In this document: positions 26,605-37,124 of the stretch, piece by piece
How the letters are laid out: each line of letters opens with the position of its first letter
Numbering within the stretch: the first letter of the stretch is position 1
From: Dehalococcoidia bacterium
GTDB taxonomy: Bacteria > Chloroflexota > Dehalococcoidia > UBA2979
NCBI GenBank assembly: GCA_020845735.1
Contig: JADLFF010000017.1
Location: forward strand, 8,704-72,703
DNA length: 64,000 bases
Direction of reading: 5' to 3'
The notes under the pieces: model-generated
The model's database searches: none
The model's input: the letters and a program-made list of their open reading frames with translations, nothing else
What the model was told of the DNA's origin: nothing
Made by a program: the position numbers and the translations under genes

Positions 26605-28173
26605 TTAGTGCCGGAAGTGGCGCACGCCCGTCGTGAGGAGGCTCACCCCGAGCCGGTCGGCGGTGGCCACCGACTCATCGTCACGGATGGAGCCGCCGGT
26701 GTGGACGACCGCAGTCACGCCTGCGGCGGCGGCCACCTCGATGGTGTCCGGGAAGGGAATCAGCGCGTCCGAGGCACACGCGGCACCCCGAGCGCGGTCG
26801 CCCGCCTGCTCGACGGCCAGGCGCGCGCTCTGCACGCGGTTGGGCTGTCCGGCGCCCATCCCGATGAGCACGCCATCCTTGACCAGGACGATGCCATTCG
26901 ACTTCACGTGCTTGCAGACCGCCCACGCCGTGACGAGGTCCGAACGCTCCTCCTGAGTCGGCTGGCGCTGGCTGACGACCTCGGAGTCACGCTCCTCCGA
27001 GACGTCCGCCGCCTGCACGACCGCACCGCCGCGCACCGCGCGGAAATCGAGGCGTGGCCGCTGCGGGTCGCCGAGTGGGGCCGTGAGGATGCGCAGGTCT
27101 CGCGACTTCTTCTTGAGGTGCTCCAGCGCTTCCGGATCGGCATCCGGCACGATCACGATCTCGTAGAACATGCGCCCCCCGTGGACGGGGCTGAGCACGT
27201 CGCGCAGGGCCGTGGCGAGGGCCATGTCGAGCGGCCGGTTGACGGCGACGATGCCACCGTAGGCTGACACCGGGTCGCCCTCGACCAGTGCGCGCTCGAA
27301 GAGCCGCGCGAGACCGTCGGCCCCCTCGGCCGGACCGGTAGCGAAGCAGCACGGGTTCGTGTGCTTGATGATCGCGACGGCCGGCGCAGGGAAGTCGGCC
27401 ACGAGGTTGAAGGCGGCGTCGGCGTCGAGGATGTTGACGAACGACAGGGCCTTGCCGTGGTGCTGGACGGCCCCACCGATGCCCTCGACGGGCACACGCA
27501 CCGAGTCGAAGCGGTAGAAGGCGCCGGGCTGGTGCGGGTTCTCGCCGTAGCGCAGCTCCTCGAGGCGAGTCATCGCGAGGGTGAGCTCCGCAGGCAGCAA
27601 CTCCTCGCCGCGCAGGTACTCGGCGACCAGCGTGTCGTAGCGCGCCACGTGCTGGAAGGCCTTCGCTGCGAGGGCTCGCCGGGTCGTCGCGTCGACGCCG
27701 CCAGCACGCAGCGCCTCGAGGATGGCGGGGTAGTCGGCCGGGTCGACGATCGGGATCACAGAAGGGTGGTTCTTCGCCGCAGACCGGATCATCGCGGGGC
27801 CACCGATGTCGATGTTCTCGAGGGCTTCCTCGAACGTGGCGCCCGCTCGAGTCACGGTGGCGACGAAGGGGTAGAGGTTGCCGGCCAGCAGGTCGATCGA
27901 CGCCAGCCCGTGCGCTGCGACCTCGGCCTCGTCACCGGCGTGGCCGCGCCGGTAGAGCAGACCGCCGTGGATGCGCGGGTGCAGCGTCTTGACGCGCCCC
28001 TCGAGCATCTCCGGGCTGCCGGTGAACTCGGCGACCGGGGTCACTGGGACGCTGGCCTCCTCGAGGGCGCGCTGCGTGCCGCCCGTCGCGAGGATCTCCC
28101 AGCCGAGGGCCACCAGCCCGCGGGCGAACTCGACCAGTCCGGCCTTGTCGTACGGAGCGAGAAGCGCGCGCAT
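26605..28173 (-). CDS. purH: bifunctional AICAR transformylase / IMP cyclohydrolase
   Basis: Full-length PurH similarity (MGS-like N-domain, AICARFT C-domain). Confidence 0.9.
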   Translation of the reverse strand: MRALLAPYDKAGLVEFARGLVALGWEILATGGTQRALEEASVPVTPVAEFTGSPEMLEGRVKTLHPRIHGGLLYRRGHAGDEAEVAAHGLASIDLLAGNLYPFVATVTRAGATFEEALENIDIGGPAMIRSAAKNHPSVIPIVDPADYPAILEALRAGGVDATTRRALAAKAFQHVARYDTLVAEYLRGEELLPAELTLAMTRLEELRYGENPHQPGAFYRFDSVRVPVEGIGGAVQHHGKALSFVNILDADAAFNLVADFPAPAVAIIKHTNPCCFATGPAEGADGLARLFERALVEGDPVSAYGGIVAVNRPLDMALATALRDVLSPVHGGRMFYEIVIVPDADPEALEHLKKKSRDLRILTAPLGDPQRPRLDFRAVRGGAVVQAADVSEERDSEVVSQRQPTQEERSDLVTAWAVCKHVKSNGIVLVKDGVLIGMGAGQPNRVQSARLAVEQAGDRARGAACASDALIPFPDTIEVAAAAGVTAVVHTGGSIRDDESVATADRLGVSLLTTGVRHFRH

Positions 28174-28188
28174 CGCCGATGCCCCTTC

Positions 28189-29262
<1,074 letters not shown>

Positions 29263-29325
29263 CAGTCACCCCGTTTCAGCGAGTCAGCAGGGTAACGCGA
29301 ACGCGGAGTTGGCGAAATCGAGGCC

Positions 29326-30801
29326 CTAGGAGCCGCTCACGGCCACGGGCAGCGCATGCCGATCGCCCGCGGTGTCCGCCTCGAGGAGGAACTTGTCGAG
29401 CTGGAGGGGGACCGGGCTCGGGTAGGAGCCGCTGAAGCACGCCGTGCAGAGCGACTGCTCCCGGGAACCGGTGGCGTGCGCCGTGCCCTCGAGGGACAGG
29501 TAGCCCAGGGAGTCGGCGCCGATGTGGTCGCGAATCTCCTCGACGGAACGGTGTGCGGCGATCAGCTGCCCCTTGGTGGCCATGTCGACGCCGTAGAAGC
29601 AGGGATCGGTGATGGGAGGCGAGGTGATGCGCATGTGCACCTCGGAGGCGCCTGCCTTGCGCAGCATCGCCACTACCCGAGGCGTGGTCGTGCCGCGGAC
29701 GATGGTGTCGTCCACCACGATGACGCGCTTCCCCTCGAGGAGTTCGCGCAGCGGATTGAACTTGAGCTGGACCCCGCGCTCGCGCAGCCGCTGGTCGGGC
29801 TGGATGAACGTGCGGCCGACGTAGCGGTTCTTCACGAGGGCCTCGACGTACGGGATGCCCGACTCGCGCGCGTAGCCGTGGGCGGCAGCCGTCGCGGAGT
29901 CCGGCACGCCGATCACCATGTCAGCCTCGACGGGGTGCTCCCGCGCGAGCTGCGCGCCCATCTCCATGCGCACCGGGTAGAGCAGCTCGCCACCCAGCCT
30001 CGAGTCCGGCCGGGCGAAGTAGATGTACTCGAGGAGACAGAGGGCGGGGCGCTGCGGCTCGACCGCCTGCGTCGAGTGCAGCCCGTCGCTGTCGATGCGC
30101 ACGATCTCGCCGGGCAGCACCTCGCGCACCAGCTCCGCGCCGAGGTGGTCGAGTGCGCAGGTCTCGGAGGCGAGCACGTAGGCCCCACGGCCGTCGTTCA
30201 AGCGCCCGATGCAGAGCGGGCGGATGCCGTTGGGGTCGCGAAGCCCGTACACCGCATCGGTCGTGAGCATCGTGAGGGAATACGCACCGCTCGCGCGGCG
30301 CATCATGACCTCGAGGCGCTCTTCCCACGTCTCGCCCGGCGCGTTGGCCGCCAGCGCCGCGAGCACCTCGGAGTCCGTGGACGTTTCGAACTGCACGCCG
30401 CGCACCTCGAGGTCCGCGCGAAGCAGGTCGGCATTCACGACGTTGCCGTTGTGCGCGATCGCCAGTTGGCCGGCCAGCCCGTCGACGATGAACGGCTGCG
30501 CGTTGCGTACGACGCTCGAGCCGGTCGTCGAATAGCGCGTGTGACCGATGGCGGCGAACCCGGGGAGTCCGCTCAGGGCCGCCTCGTCGAAGATCTGCGA
30601 AACGAGGCCCATCGCGGCGAAGCGGTGAATCGAGCGCCCCTCGGTGGAGGCGATCCCCGCCGACTCCTGGCCGCGATGCTGGAGTGCGTGAAGCCCGAAG
30701 AAGGTGAGGCGAGCGACATCCTCGCCGGGAGCGTATACGCCGAAGACGCCGCACTTCTCGCGGATCATGTCCGGCGCTGAGGCCTCGGAGCGAGAATCCA
30801 T
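29326..30801 (-). CDS. purF: amidophosphoribosyltransferase
   Basis: Propeptide then the Cys nucleophile (MIREKCGVFGV), PRTase domain and C-terminal 4Fe-4S Cys ligands. Start at ATG 30801 with a GGGGAG RBS. The 190-aa upstream ORF extension is Arg-rich read-through. Confidence 0.9.
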   Translation of the reverse strand: MDSRSEASAPDMIREKCGVFGVYAPGEDVARLTFFGLHALQHRGQESAGIASTEGRSIHRFAAMGLVSQIFDEAALSGLPGFAAIGHTRYSTTGSSVVRNAQPFIVDGLAGQLAIAHNGNVVNADLLRADLEVRGVQFETSTDSEVLAALAANAPGETWEERLEVMMRRASGAYSLTMLTTDAVYGLRDPNGIRPLCIGRLNDGRGAYVLASETCALDHLGAELVREVLPGEIVRIDSDGLHSTQAVEPQRPALCLLEYIYFARPDSRLGGELLYPVRMEMGAQLAREHPVEADMVIGVPDSATAAAHGYARESGIPYVEALVKNRYVGRTFIQPDQRLRERGVQLKFNPLRELLEGKRVIVVDDTIVRGTTTPRVVAMLRKAGASEVHMRITSPPITDPCFYGVDMATKGQLIAAHRSVEEIRDHIGADSLGYLSLEGTAHATGSREQSLCTACFSGSYPSPVPLQLDKFLLEADTAGDRHALPVAVSGS

Positions 30802-30878
30802 CCGGTCTCCCCGGCGGCTCACATCCCGGCTGAGTCGCAAGTTTAGCACGCCGGGGAGGCCGTACGCCGGGCCGGCTC

Positions 30879-31316
30879 CTACGGAGATACGCGTCGACGG
30901 CGCAACAGCTCCTCGTGGTCGATCTTCGTGCACCGGTCCATCACGACGTGCAGGCCGGCCGCCCGGGCACGCTCGGCCGCCTCGGGGTGCACGATCTCGA
31001 GCTGGAGCCACACCGCTCGAGCCTGAGCCGCGATCGCATCCTCGACGACGCCCGGCACGAACTCGGGACGCCGAAACACATCCACGATATCCACCGGCTC
31101 GGGGAGCGCGGCCAGCGAGGGGTACACGGGCCGTCCCAGGATGGGCCCGGCTTCGGCCGGGTTCACGAGGTACACCTCGTAGCCGCCACCGATGAGGTAC
31201 TCGGCGACCTCGTACGAGGGCCGATCGGGGCGGGATGAAATGCCCACGACCGCGATCGAGCGGGCCGCCTCGATGATCGGGAGCGCTTCCGCAATCGGGG
31301 TCGTGAACTCGCTCAT
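30879..31316 (-). CDS. CoA-binding domain protein (YccU/YneT family)
   Basis: SIAVVGISSRPDRPSYEVAEYL...VDIVDVFR Rossmann-like CoA_binding_2 pattern. Confidence 0.7.
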   Translation of the reverse strand: MSEFTTPIAEALPIIEAARSIAVVGISSRPDRPSYEVAEYLIGGGYEVYLVNPAEAGPILGRPVYPSLAALPEPVDIVDVFRRPEFVPGVVEDAIAAQARAVWLQLEIVHPEAAERARAAGLHVVMDRCTKIDHEELLRRRRVSP

Positions 31317-31963
31317 CTCGCCTCCTCCGGCCCCGGACGAGCACGCGCGCGACGCGGGCGCCGCCGCGGCGCAACCGTCCGAGTGGGCACCGCCGCCACC
31401 TCGGCGAGCGCCGGGGCGATCGTAGCGACCGGCCGCCCCGTCATCTCGCCCAGCGCCTCGGCGAGGCGGTTGGCGCGGCGGATGCCGTCCTCCAGCAGCG
31501 CGTGCGCCGTCGTGAGGCTCGCCACATCGAGCACCCGCCCGTTGTCCTTCACCAGCCGCACGTCGAGCTCCACAAGGTCCTGGGCCTGGCCTGAGGTGAG
31601 GTCGTCGTCGATGTCAGACTCGGCAACGATCCGCTCGATGCGCTCGAACGGCACGAGCTCGAACGTCCCGATGCCGAGACCGAGGAAGCCCTGGTGCCAC
31701 CTCGCGGTGCCCTTGCGGCGCTCCACGAGGAACTCCGTGCCGTAAACGCTGTAGACCACCCCGAGGACGGCTGCCGGGCCGAGCAGCAGCGAGATGCCGA
31801 GGAGCACGAGCAGCAACCAGAGCGGAAGCACGTTGATGAACGTAATCAGCAGCCAGACCGCGCCGCCCGCGATCAACGCCTGCACGAGGGGAATCACGAG
31901 CTGTTGCCGGCTGGGGCGGATCGCGATGGAGTCCGGGCGAATCACGGCGACCGCGCGATGCAT
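31313..31963 (-). CDS. hypothetical membrane protein (two N-terminal TM helices, PH-like cytoplasmic domain)
   Basis: Start placed at MHRAVAVIRPD (ATG 31963). The upstream 86 codons of the ORF are Arg/Ser-rich. Confidence 0.45.
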   Translation of the reverse strand: MHRAVAVIRPDSIAIRPSRQQLVIPLVQALIAGGAVWLLITFINVLPLWLLLVLLGISLLLGPAAVLGVVYSVYGTEFLVERRKGTARWHQGFLGLGIGTFELVPFERIERIVAESDIDDDLTSGQAQDLVELDVRLVKDNGRVLDVASLTTAHALLEDGIRRANRLAEALGEMTGRPVATIAPALAEVAAVPTRTVAPRRRPRRARARPGPEEAR

Positions 31964-32120
31964 CGGAATACGCTCGTCGTCGGCCACGCGCACCTCCCAT
32001 TGACAGTCTAGGGACCTCGAGCGCCCGCACTCCACGGGACAGGGCCGGGAAGTGGCAGCAACTCGGAGGTTTGCGAGGCTGCGCGCCCCCTGCCTATGAT
32101 CGGCGCGAATCGGGGGACTC

Positions 32121-32336
32121 ATGCTGCGCGACCTCGTCGAGATCCTGGCCTGCACCGTCTGCCACGAGCCACTGACTCTCGCGGTCACTCGAGAAGACGG
32201 TGTCGAGGTCCTGACGGGCACGCTGACCTGCGCGGCCTGCGGCGAGGTCTACCCCATCAGCGATGGCATCCCAAACCTGCTGCCGCCCGATCTGCGCAAG
32301 GCCATCGAGGCAGAAGCGTCGGGAGCTGCTCGATGA
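32121..32336 (+). CDS. Trm112-like small zinc-ribbon protein (DUF343)
   Basis: LVEILACTVCHEPL...LTCAACGEVYPISDGIPNLL matches the Trm112p family pattern. Confidence 0.7.
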   Translation: MLRDLVEILACTVCHEPLTLAVTREDGVEVLTGTLTCAACGEVYPISDGIPNLLPPDLRKAIEAEASGAAR

Positions 32337-32614
32337 CGATTGAGCGCTCTCAGCAACTCGGCCGGCTGATCATGGCCATCTCCGGCGTCTCGCTCGCGAT
32401 GTTCCTCGCCGGGATCGTGCGGCGCTCGTACCTCGTCCTGGCGGTTCCCGTCGCGATCCTCGCCGGGGCGACGGCGGGACTCACCTTCTGGATCGGCTAC
32501 ACGATGGCCACCACGAGGTGGGAGACCGATGACCTCGGGGAGCTGGACTTCCCGGAAGCCGAGGGCGCCCCGCCCCCGGAGTACGTCGACCCGAGCTACG
32601 GATTCCGGCCCTAG
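32333..32614 (+). CDS. small hypothetical membrane protein (2 TM), translationally coupled (ATGA overlap) to the Trm112-like gene
   Basis: In-frame ATG at 32333 inside the longer ORF 32096..32614; hydrophobic helices AISGVSLAMFLAGIV and LAVPVAILAGATAGLTFWIGY. Confidence 0.45.
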   Translation: MTIERSQQLGRLIMAISGVSLAMFLAGIVRRSYLVLAVPVAILAGATAGLTFWIGYTMATTRWETDDLGELDFPEAEGAPPPEYVDPSYGFRP

Positions 32615-32626
32615 TCGCCAGGCTCG

Positions 32627-33151
32627 CTAGTCGAGGGCGATCCACTCGGGGCGGGCGTAGAGCCGCACCCCGGCGCGCTCCCCCTCGTCCAGGGCCTGCA
32701 GCAGCTGCGTGACGCTCGACCCGATCTGCGGATGCACGAGGCCCGGCGCGACCTCCGCGAGCGGTACGAGGACGAACGCCCGCTGATGCATCGCGGCGTG
32801 GGGCACCTCGAGATCAGGCGCGCTGAACGTTTCGCCATCGATCAGCAGGATGTCCACATCGATGGGGCGTGCGCTGTTCCGTGGCGCTCGGAAGTCGCGG
32901 CCTGCCGCTGCCTCGATTGACTTGCACAGCGCCAGGAGACGGTACGGCGACAGGTCGGTCGTGCCGGCAACCACCGCGTTGAGGTAGTCGGGCTGCTCGA
33001 TGCCGCCCCACGGGGGCGTCTCGTAGATCGAGGACGTGCGATCGACCGCCACACCGCCGGCACGCAGGGCCGCGACGGCCTCCTGCAGTCGCGCGACGCG
33101 GTCACCGAGGTTGCTGCCCAGCGCGAGCCACACGCGCCGCGGGTCCGTCAC
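32627..33151 (-). CDS. folK: 2-amino-4-hydroxy-6-hydroxymethyldihydropteridine pyrophosphokinase
   Basis: VWLALGSNLGDR...IYETPPWGG...RPIDVDILL HPPK motifs. GTG start in a GTGA overlap with the folP stop. Confidence 0.8.
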   Translation of the reverse strand: MTDPRRVWLALGSNLGDRVARLQEAVAALRAGGVAVDRTSSIYETPPWGGIEQPDYLNAVVAGTTDLSPYRLLALCKSIEAAAGRDFRAPRNSARPIDVDILLIDGETFSAPDLEVPHAAMHQRAFVLVPLAEVAPGLVHPQIGSSVTQLLQALDEGERAGVRLYARPEWIALD

Positions 33152-34008
33152 GCGGACCCCTCGGGGGTCCAGCCGCGGACCACCGCGTCGGCCATGCGCA
33201 CCACATCGACCATCGCCGCCACGTCGTGCACGCGGACGATGTCGACACCGGCGGCCACCGCGAGGGCCATCGTGGCAGCGGTCCCCCACTCACGCTCCTC
33301 GACAGGCTGCCCGAGGACGAGCCCGATGGTCGACTTGCGCGACGTCCCGAGCAGGAGCGGCCGTCCGAGCGCGCGCAGCTCACCGAGGCGGCGCAGCATC
33401 TCGAGATTCTGCTCCGGCTTCCAGCCGAAACCGAATCCGGGGTCGACCACCAGCTGCTCCACGGGCACACCGCCCGCCTCAGCCGTCGCGAGCGACCGTT
33501 CCAGGCCGGCCCGGATGTCCGCGATCACGTCGCCGCCGAACGTGCGCCCTCGCTGGTTGTGCATGACGATCGCCGGCAGCCCGCGGCGCCCGAGGAGCGC
33601 CGCCAGACCGGCGTCGGCGAGCAACCCGTGCACGTCGTTCAGTGCGTCCGCTCCGAGGTCGAATGCGCGCTCGGCGACACGAGCCTTGCTCGTGTCGACT
33701 GTGATCGGCACAGAGACCACGCGGCGGACCGCACGCAGGACCGGCTCGAGGCGTCGCCACTCTTCCGTCGCGTCGACACCGGCGAAGTCCGGCCGGGTCG
33801 ACTCCGCACCCACATCGAGGAGGTCAGCGCCGTCCTCGACCATCCGCGCCGCCTGCTCGGCGGCGGTGCCGGGGTCCATGACCCCGTCCCCCGAGAACGA
33901 ATCGGGCGTCGCGTTGACGATCCCCATGACGTAGGTGCGGCGGCCCCAGGGAAAGGTGACCCCACCGATCGAGAGCGGCGCGGGGGCTGGCTGGCTCGGC
34001 GTCACCAC
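33148..34008 (-). CDS. folP: dihydropteroate synthase
   Basis: Pterin-binding TIM-barrel DHPS similarity throughout (IVNATPDSFSGDG..., DVGAEST...). Confidence 0.9.
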   Translation of the reverse strand: MVTPSQPAPAPLSIGGVTFPWGRRTYVMGIVNATPDSFSGDGVMDPGTAAEQAARMVEDGADLLDVGAESTRPDFAGVDATEEWRRLEPVLRAVRRVVSVPITVDTSKARVAERAFDLGADALNDVHGLLADAGLAALLGRRGLPAIVMHNQRGRTFGGDVIADIRAGLERSLATAEAGGVPVEQLVVDPGFGFGWKPEQNLEMLRRLGELRALGRPLLLGTSRKSTIGLVLGQPVEEREWGTAATMALAVAAGVDIVRVHDVAAMVDVVRMADAVVRGWTPEGSA

Positions 34009-34052
34009 GTCAACTCACGAGGCGCGGTCGAGGCCGCCGGGCTGTCGGCCGG

Positions 34053-34487
34053 TCAATCGACCACCTCGATCGGCTCTTCCTCGATGACGCCGCCCATGCG
34101 GATGTGGAAGGCGCGCACTGCGGGTGGGTCGTACTTCAGCGACACGAGCACGTAGTACGTCTCGGGGAACATCGGCTCGTTGTCGATCTCACCGGGAGGC
34201 CAGAAGGCCATGCGCACGTCGGTGGGTGACGGGTACGCCTCGGATGCCACGTGCGAGTGGTAGATGGCGAAGAGGGACTCGCCCTCGTCCTCGCGACGGC
34301 GGTCCAGCTTCAGCATCTGCAGCGGGTTCATCTCGTAGCGAAACGGGCTGGCGGCGTCGTTCTTCACGCGGATCGCCTCGAAGGCCACGCCGTCACGAGC
34401 ATGGACCATGCCGCACGCCTCGTTGGGTAGGTCCTGGTGAGCGTGGGAAACCATCGCCTCGATCACCGATGAGGGGATGCGCGGCAT
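34053..34487 (-). CDS. JAMM/MPN+ metalloprotease (Mec+/CysO-cysteine peptidase-like)
   Basis: JAMM motif E...HSHVASEAYPSPTD. Start at ATG 34487 with a GAGG RBS. Confidence 0.75.
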   Translation of the reverse strand: MPRIPSSVIEAMVSHAHQDLPNEACGMVHARDGVAFEAIRVKNDAASPFRYEMNPLQMLKLDRRREDEGESLFAIYHSHVASEAYPSPTDVRMAFWPPGEIDNEPMFPETYYVLVSLKYDPPAVRAFHIRMGGVIEEEPIEVVD

Positions 34488-34518
34488 CAGCGACCTCGCC
34501 CGGACGCGCGGGAGTCGA

Positions 34519-34905
34519 TCACGTCCACGCCTCGGGTTCCCCGTCGTCGACGCACGCACCGGCGGAGAGCCGCATCTGTAGGAACGCGGGACTCACGGGG
34601 CGGGCGAGCAGGTGGTCGATCCAGTGCGCCCACTCGTCCTCTGGAAGCCGGTCGACGAGGTCCTGGAACGGCACGTGCAGCGAGCCATCCGGGGCAATGC
34701 CCACATCGAGTGACCAGCGACCCGTGAGGGTGACGCGCCCGACGGAGCGCGTCCGCAGTAGCTGCGCACCCTCGATGGCGCGGTATCGAGCGATCACCGC
34801 GCCATCGAAGTACACATGGAGATTCGAGGCATCGCGGGTCGTGAGGGCACGACGCAGCACGGACTGCTGCAGCACCTTCGTCGCGCGGGCGTCGCTGCTG
34901 ACCAT
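34519..34905 (-). CDS. hypothetical protein
   Basis: ORF with protein-like composition between the rhodanese and the JAMM protease. No family recognised. Confidence 0.4.
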   Translation of the reverse strand: MVSSDARATKVLQQSVLRRALTTRDASNLHVYFDGAVIARYRAIEGAQLLRTRSVGRVTLTGRWSLDVGIAPDGSLHVPFQDLVDRLPEDEWAHWIDHLLARPVSPAFLQMRLSAGACVDDGEPEAWT

Positions 34906-34917
34906 GGTGGGGACTCG

Positions 34918-35742
34918 TTACTTCTCGATCGGCACGTCGATCATGGAGCCGTACTCGGTCCACGAGCCGTCGTAGTTCTTCACATCGTTGTTGCCGAGCA
35001 GGTACTTGAGGACGAACCACGTGTGGCTCGAGCGCTCGCCGATGCGGCAGTAGGCCGTCACCGGCTCGTTGACCTTGATCCCGGCGCCCTCGTAGAGCGC
35101 GCGGAGCTCGTCCTGCGTCTTGAACGTGCCGTCCTCGTTGACCGCGCGCGCCCAGGGGATGTTGCGCGCACCGGGGATGTGGCCCGCGCGCTGGGCGGTC
35201 TCCGTCATACCCGGGGGCGCGATGATCTCGCCGCTGAACTCGGCGGGACTGCGCACATCGACCAGTTGCCGTCCGCCGTGGCGGGCGATCTCGATGACCT
35301 CGTCGCGCCGTGCGCGCAGCGCCTGGTTGGGCGCCTGTGCCTTGTACGTCGCGGGCGCCACCGAGGGCACATCGGTGACCGTCGGGCGGTTGTCGGCGAG
35401 CCACTTCACGCGCCCACCGTCCATCAACGACACGTTCTCGTGCCCGTACAGCTCGAGGAGCCACAGCGCATAGGCAGCGAACCAGTTGTTGTTGTCGCCG
35501 TAGAGCACCACGTGCGTGTCGTTGGACACCCCCGAGGCGCTCAGCAGCTCCTCGACGCCCTCGCGGGTGAGGATGTCGCGACGCTGCGCGTCCTGCAGCT
35601 GCGTCGTCCAGTTCCACGCGATCGCGCCCTCGACGTGGCCCTCGGCGTAGGCCGACGTGTCCACGTCAACCTCGACGAGGCGAACGCCGGGCTCGTCCTT
35701 GTGCTGCGCGACCCAGTCCGCGCTCACCAGCTTGTCAACCAT
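34918..35742 (-). CDS. thiosulfate/3-mercaptopyruvate sulfurtransferase (tandem rhodanese domains)
   Basis: Two rhodanese domains with the catalytic Cys loop CRIGERSSH in the second. Confidence 0.8.
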   Translation of the reverse strand: MVDKLVSADWVAQHKDEPGVRLVEVDVDTSAYAEGHVEGAIAWNWTTQLQDAQRRDILTREGVEELLSASGVSNDTHVVLYGDNNNWFAAYALWLLELYGHENVSLMDGGRVKWLADNRPTVTDVPSVAPATYKAQAPNQALRARRDEVIEIARHGGRQLVDVRSPAEFSGEIIAPPGMTETAQRAGHIPGARNIPWARAVNEDGTFKTQDELRALYEGAGIKVNEPVTAYCRIGERSSHTWFVLKYLLGNNDVKNYDGSWTEYGSMIDVPIEK

Positions 35743-35818
35743 GTCGTCCCCCCGATCCGCTCAGCATCCGTTGGCCCCGGCACGTGACAGCGTACAGATT
35801 CGACCGCGCTTCGCGGCC

Positions 35819-36787
35819 TCACCACCACAGCTTGTCGGCGACGTCTTCCTCGATCGTGGCGTAGTCCGTCGTCCAGAGGTGCGAGGACAGGTACTTCCAG
35901 CCACCGTCCGCCAGCAGGCAGACGACGTGCCCCTCCTCGATGCGTTCCGCGAGCCGCTGCGCCGCACGCACGACCGCGCCTCCCGAGATGCCCGCGAAGA
36001 TGCCGGTGCGCTGCGTGAGCTCGCGCGTGACACGGAACGACGTGGCCGAATCGACCACGATCCGCCCATCGAGGACCGACTCGTCGAGGACTGGCGGGAT
36101 GTACCCCTCCTCGAGACTGCGCAGGCCCTGCACCTGGTCGCCGGGATGCGGCGCCGCCGCGATGATGCGCACGCCGGGGCGCTCCTCCTTGAGGCGCCGC
36201 CCGGTCCCGGTGAGCGTCCCGCCGGTACCCAGCCCGGCCACGAAGTGCGTCACCTCGGGCAGGTCCGCGAGGATCTCGGGCGCCGTGGTGTAGTAGTGAG
36301 CGCTCGGGTTCTGCGGGTTCTCGTACTGGAACGGCATGAACCAGTCCGGGTGCTGCGCGGCCACCTCGCGCGCCAGTGCCACCGAGCCGTTCGTCCCGAG
36401 GTCGCCCGGCGAGTAGATGATCTCCGCGCCGAACGCCTGCAGGAGCTCAGTGCGCTCCGGGCTCACCGCATCCGGCATGACGACCTTGACCGGGTACCCC
36501 TTGAGCCGCCCGACGAGGGCGAGCGCGATCCCGGTGTTCCCGGAGGTCGGCTCAAGGATGGTCTGGCCGGGTTGCAGGCGCCCCTCCCGCTCGGCCGCCT
36601 CGATCATGAACTTCGCGATCCGGTCCTTGACGGACCCCGTCGGGTTCTGCCCCTCGAGCTTGGCGTAGAGGCGCACGCCCGGCTTCGGCGAGAGCTCGGA
36701 GATCTCGACGAGTGGCGTGTTGCCGACCATGTCCAGGACTGAGCGGTAGCGCACGGAACGCGTGGCCCCGCTATGCGCCGCCGGCAA
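35819..36787 (-). CDS. cysM: PLP-dependent cysteine synthase, CysM-type (thiocarboxylate-dependent O-phosphoserine sulfhydrylase-like)
   Basis: GNTPLVEI...NPTGSVKDR...TSGNTGIALA motifs. Sits immediately downstream of the CysO-like carrier. Start may be the internal GTG near 36754 rather than 36787 (17-nt overlap with cysO). Confidence 0.75.
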   Translation of the reverse strand: MPAAHSGATRSVRYRSVLDMVGNTPLVEISELSPKPGVRLYAKLEGQNPTGSVKDRIAKFMIEAAEREGRLQPGQTILEPTSGNTGIALALVGRLKGYPVKVVMPDAVSPERTELLQAFGAEIIYSPGDLGTNGSVALAREVAAQHPDWFMPFQYENPQNPSAHYYTTAPEILADLPEVTHFVAGLGTGGTLTGTGRRLKEERPGVRIIAAAPHPGDQVQGLRSLEEGYIPPVLDESVLDGRIVVDSATSFRVTRELTQRTGIFAGISGGAVVRAAQRLAERIEEGHVVCLLADGGWKYLSSHLWTTDYATIEEDVADKLWW

Positions 36788-37049
36788 GCGCCGGCAGGAT
36801 GGACACCTCGTCGCCGTCGGTCAGCTCGGTGTCGGCGCCCTTCAGGTAGCGGATGTCCTCGTCGTTCAGGTAGATGTTGACGAATCGATGCAGCACGCCC
36901 TGCTCATCGGCGAGCTGCTCCCGGAAGCCCGGATAACGCGAGTCGATGTTCGAGATGAGCTCGCCGATCGTGCGCCCCTCGCTGGTGAACGCACGCTGGT
37001 TGTCGACGACCTTTTGAATCACCGAGGTGACAAGGACCTTCACCGGCAC
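36771..37049 (-). CDS. cysO: ThiS/MoaD-family sulfur-carrier protein, CysO-like (C-terminus ...ALAGGA)
   Basis: 92-aa beta-grasp protein ending in Gly-Gly plus one Ala, adjacent to CysM. Confidence 0.7.
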   Translation of the reverse strand: MPVKVLVTSVIQKVVDNQRAFTSEGRTIGELISNIDSRYPGFREQLADEQGVLHRFVNIYLNDEDIRYLKGADTELTDGDEVSILPALAGGA

Positions 37050-37124
37050 GCTGTCGTCCTTCCATCGATGCCGCGGCCGCGCAGCCGCGGCCCGTCAACC
37101 GCACGCAGAGCTGGAGGTGCGAGG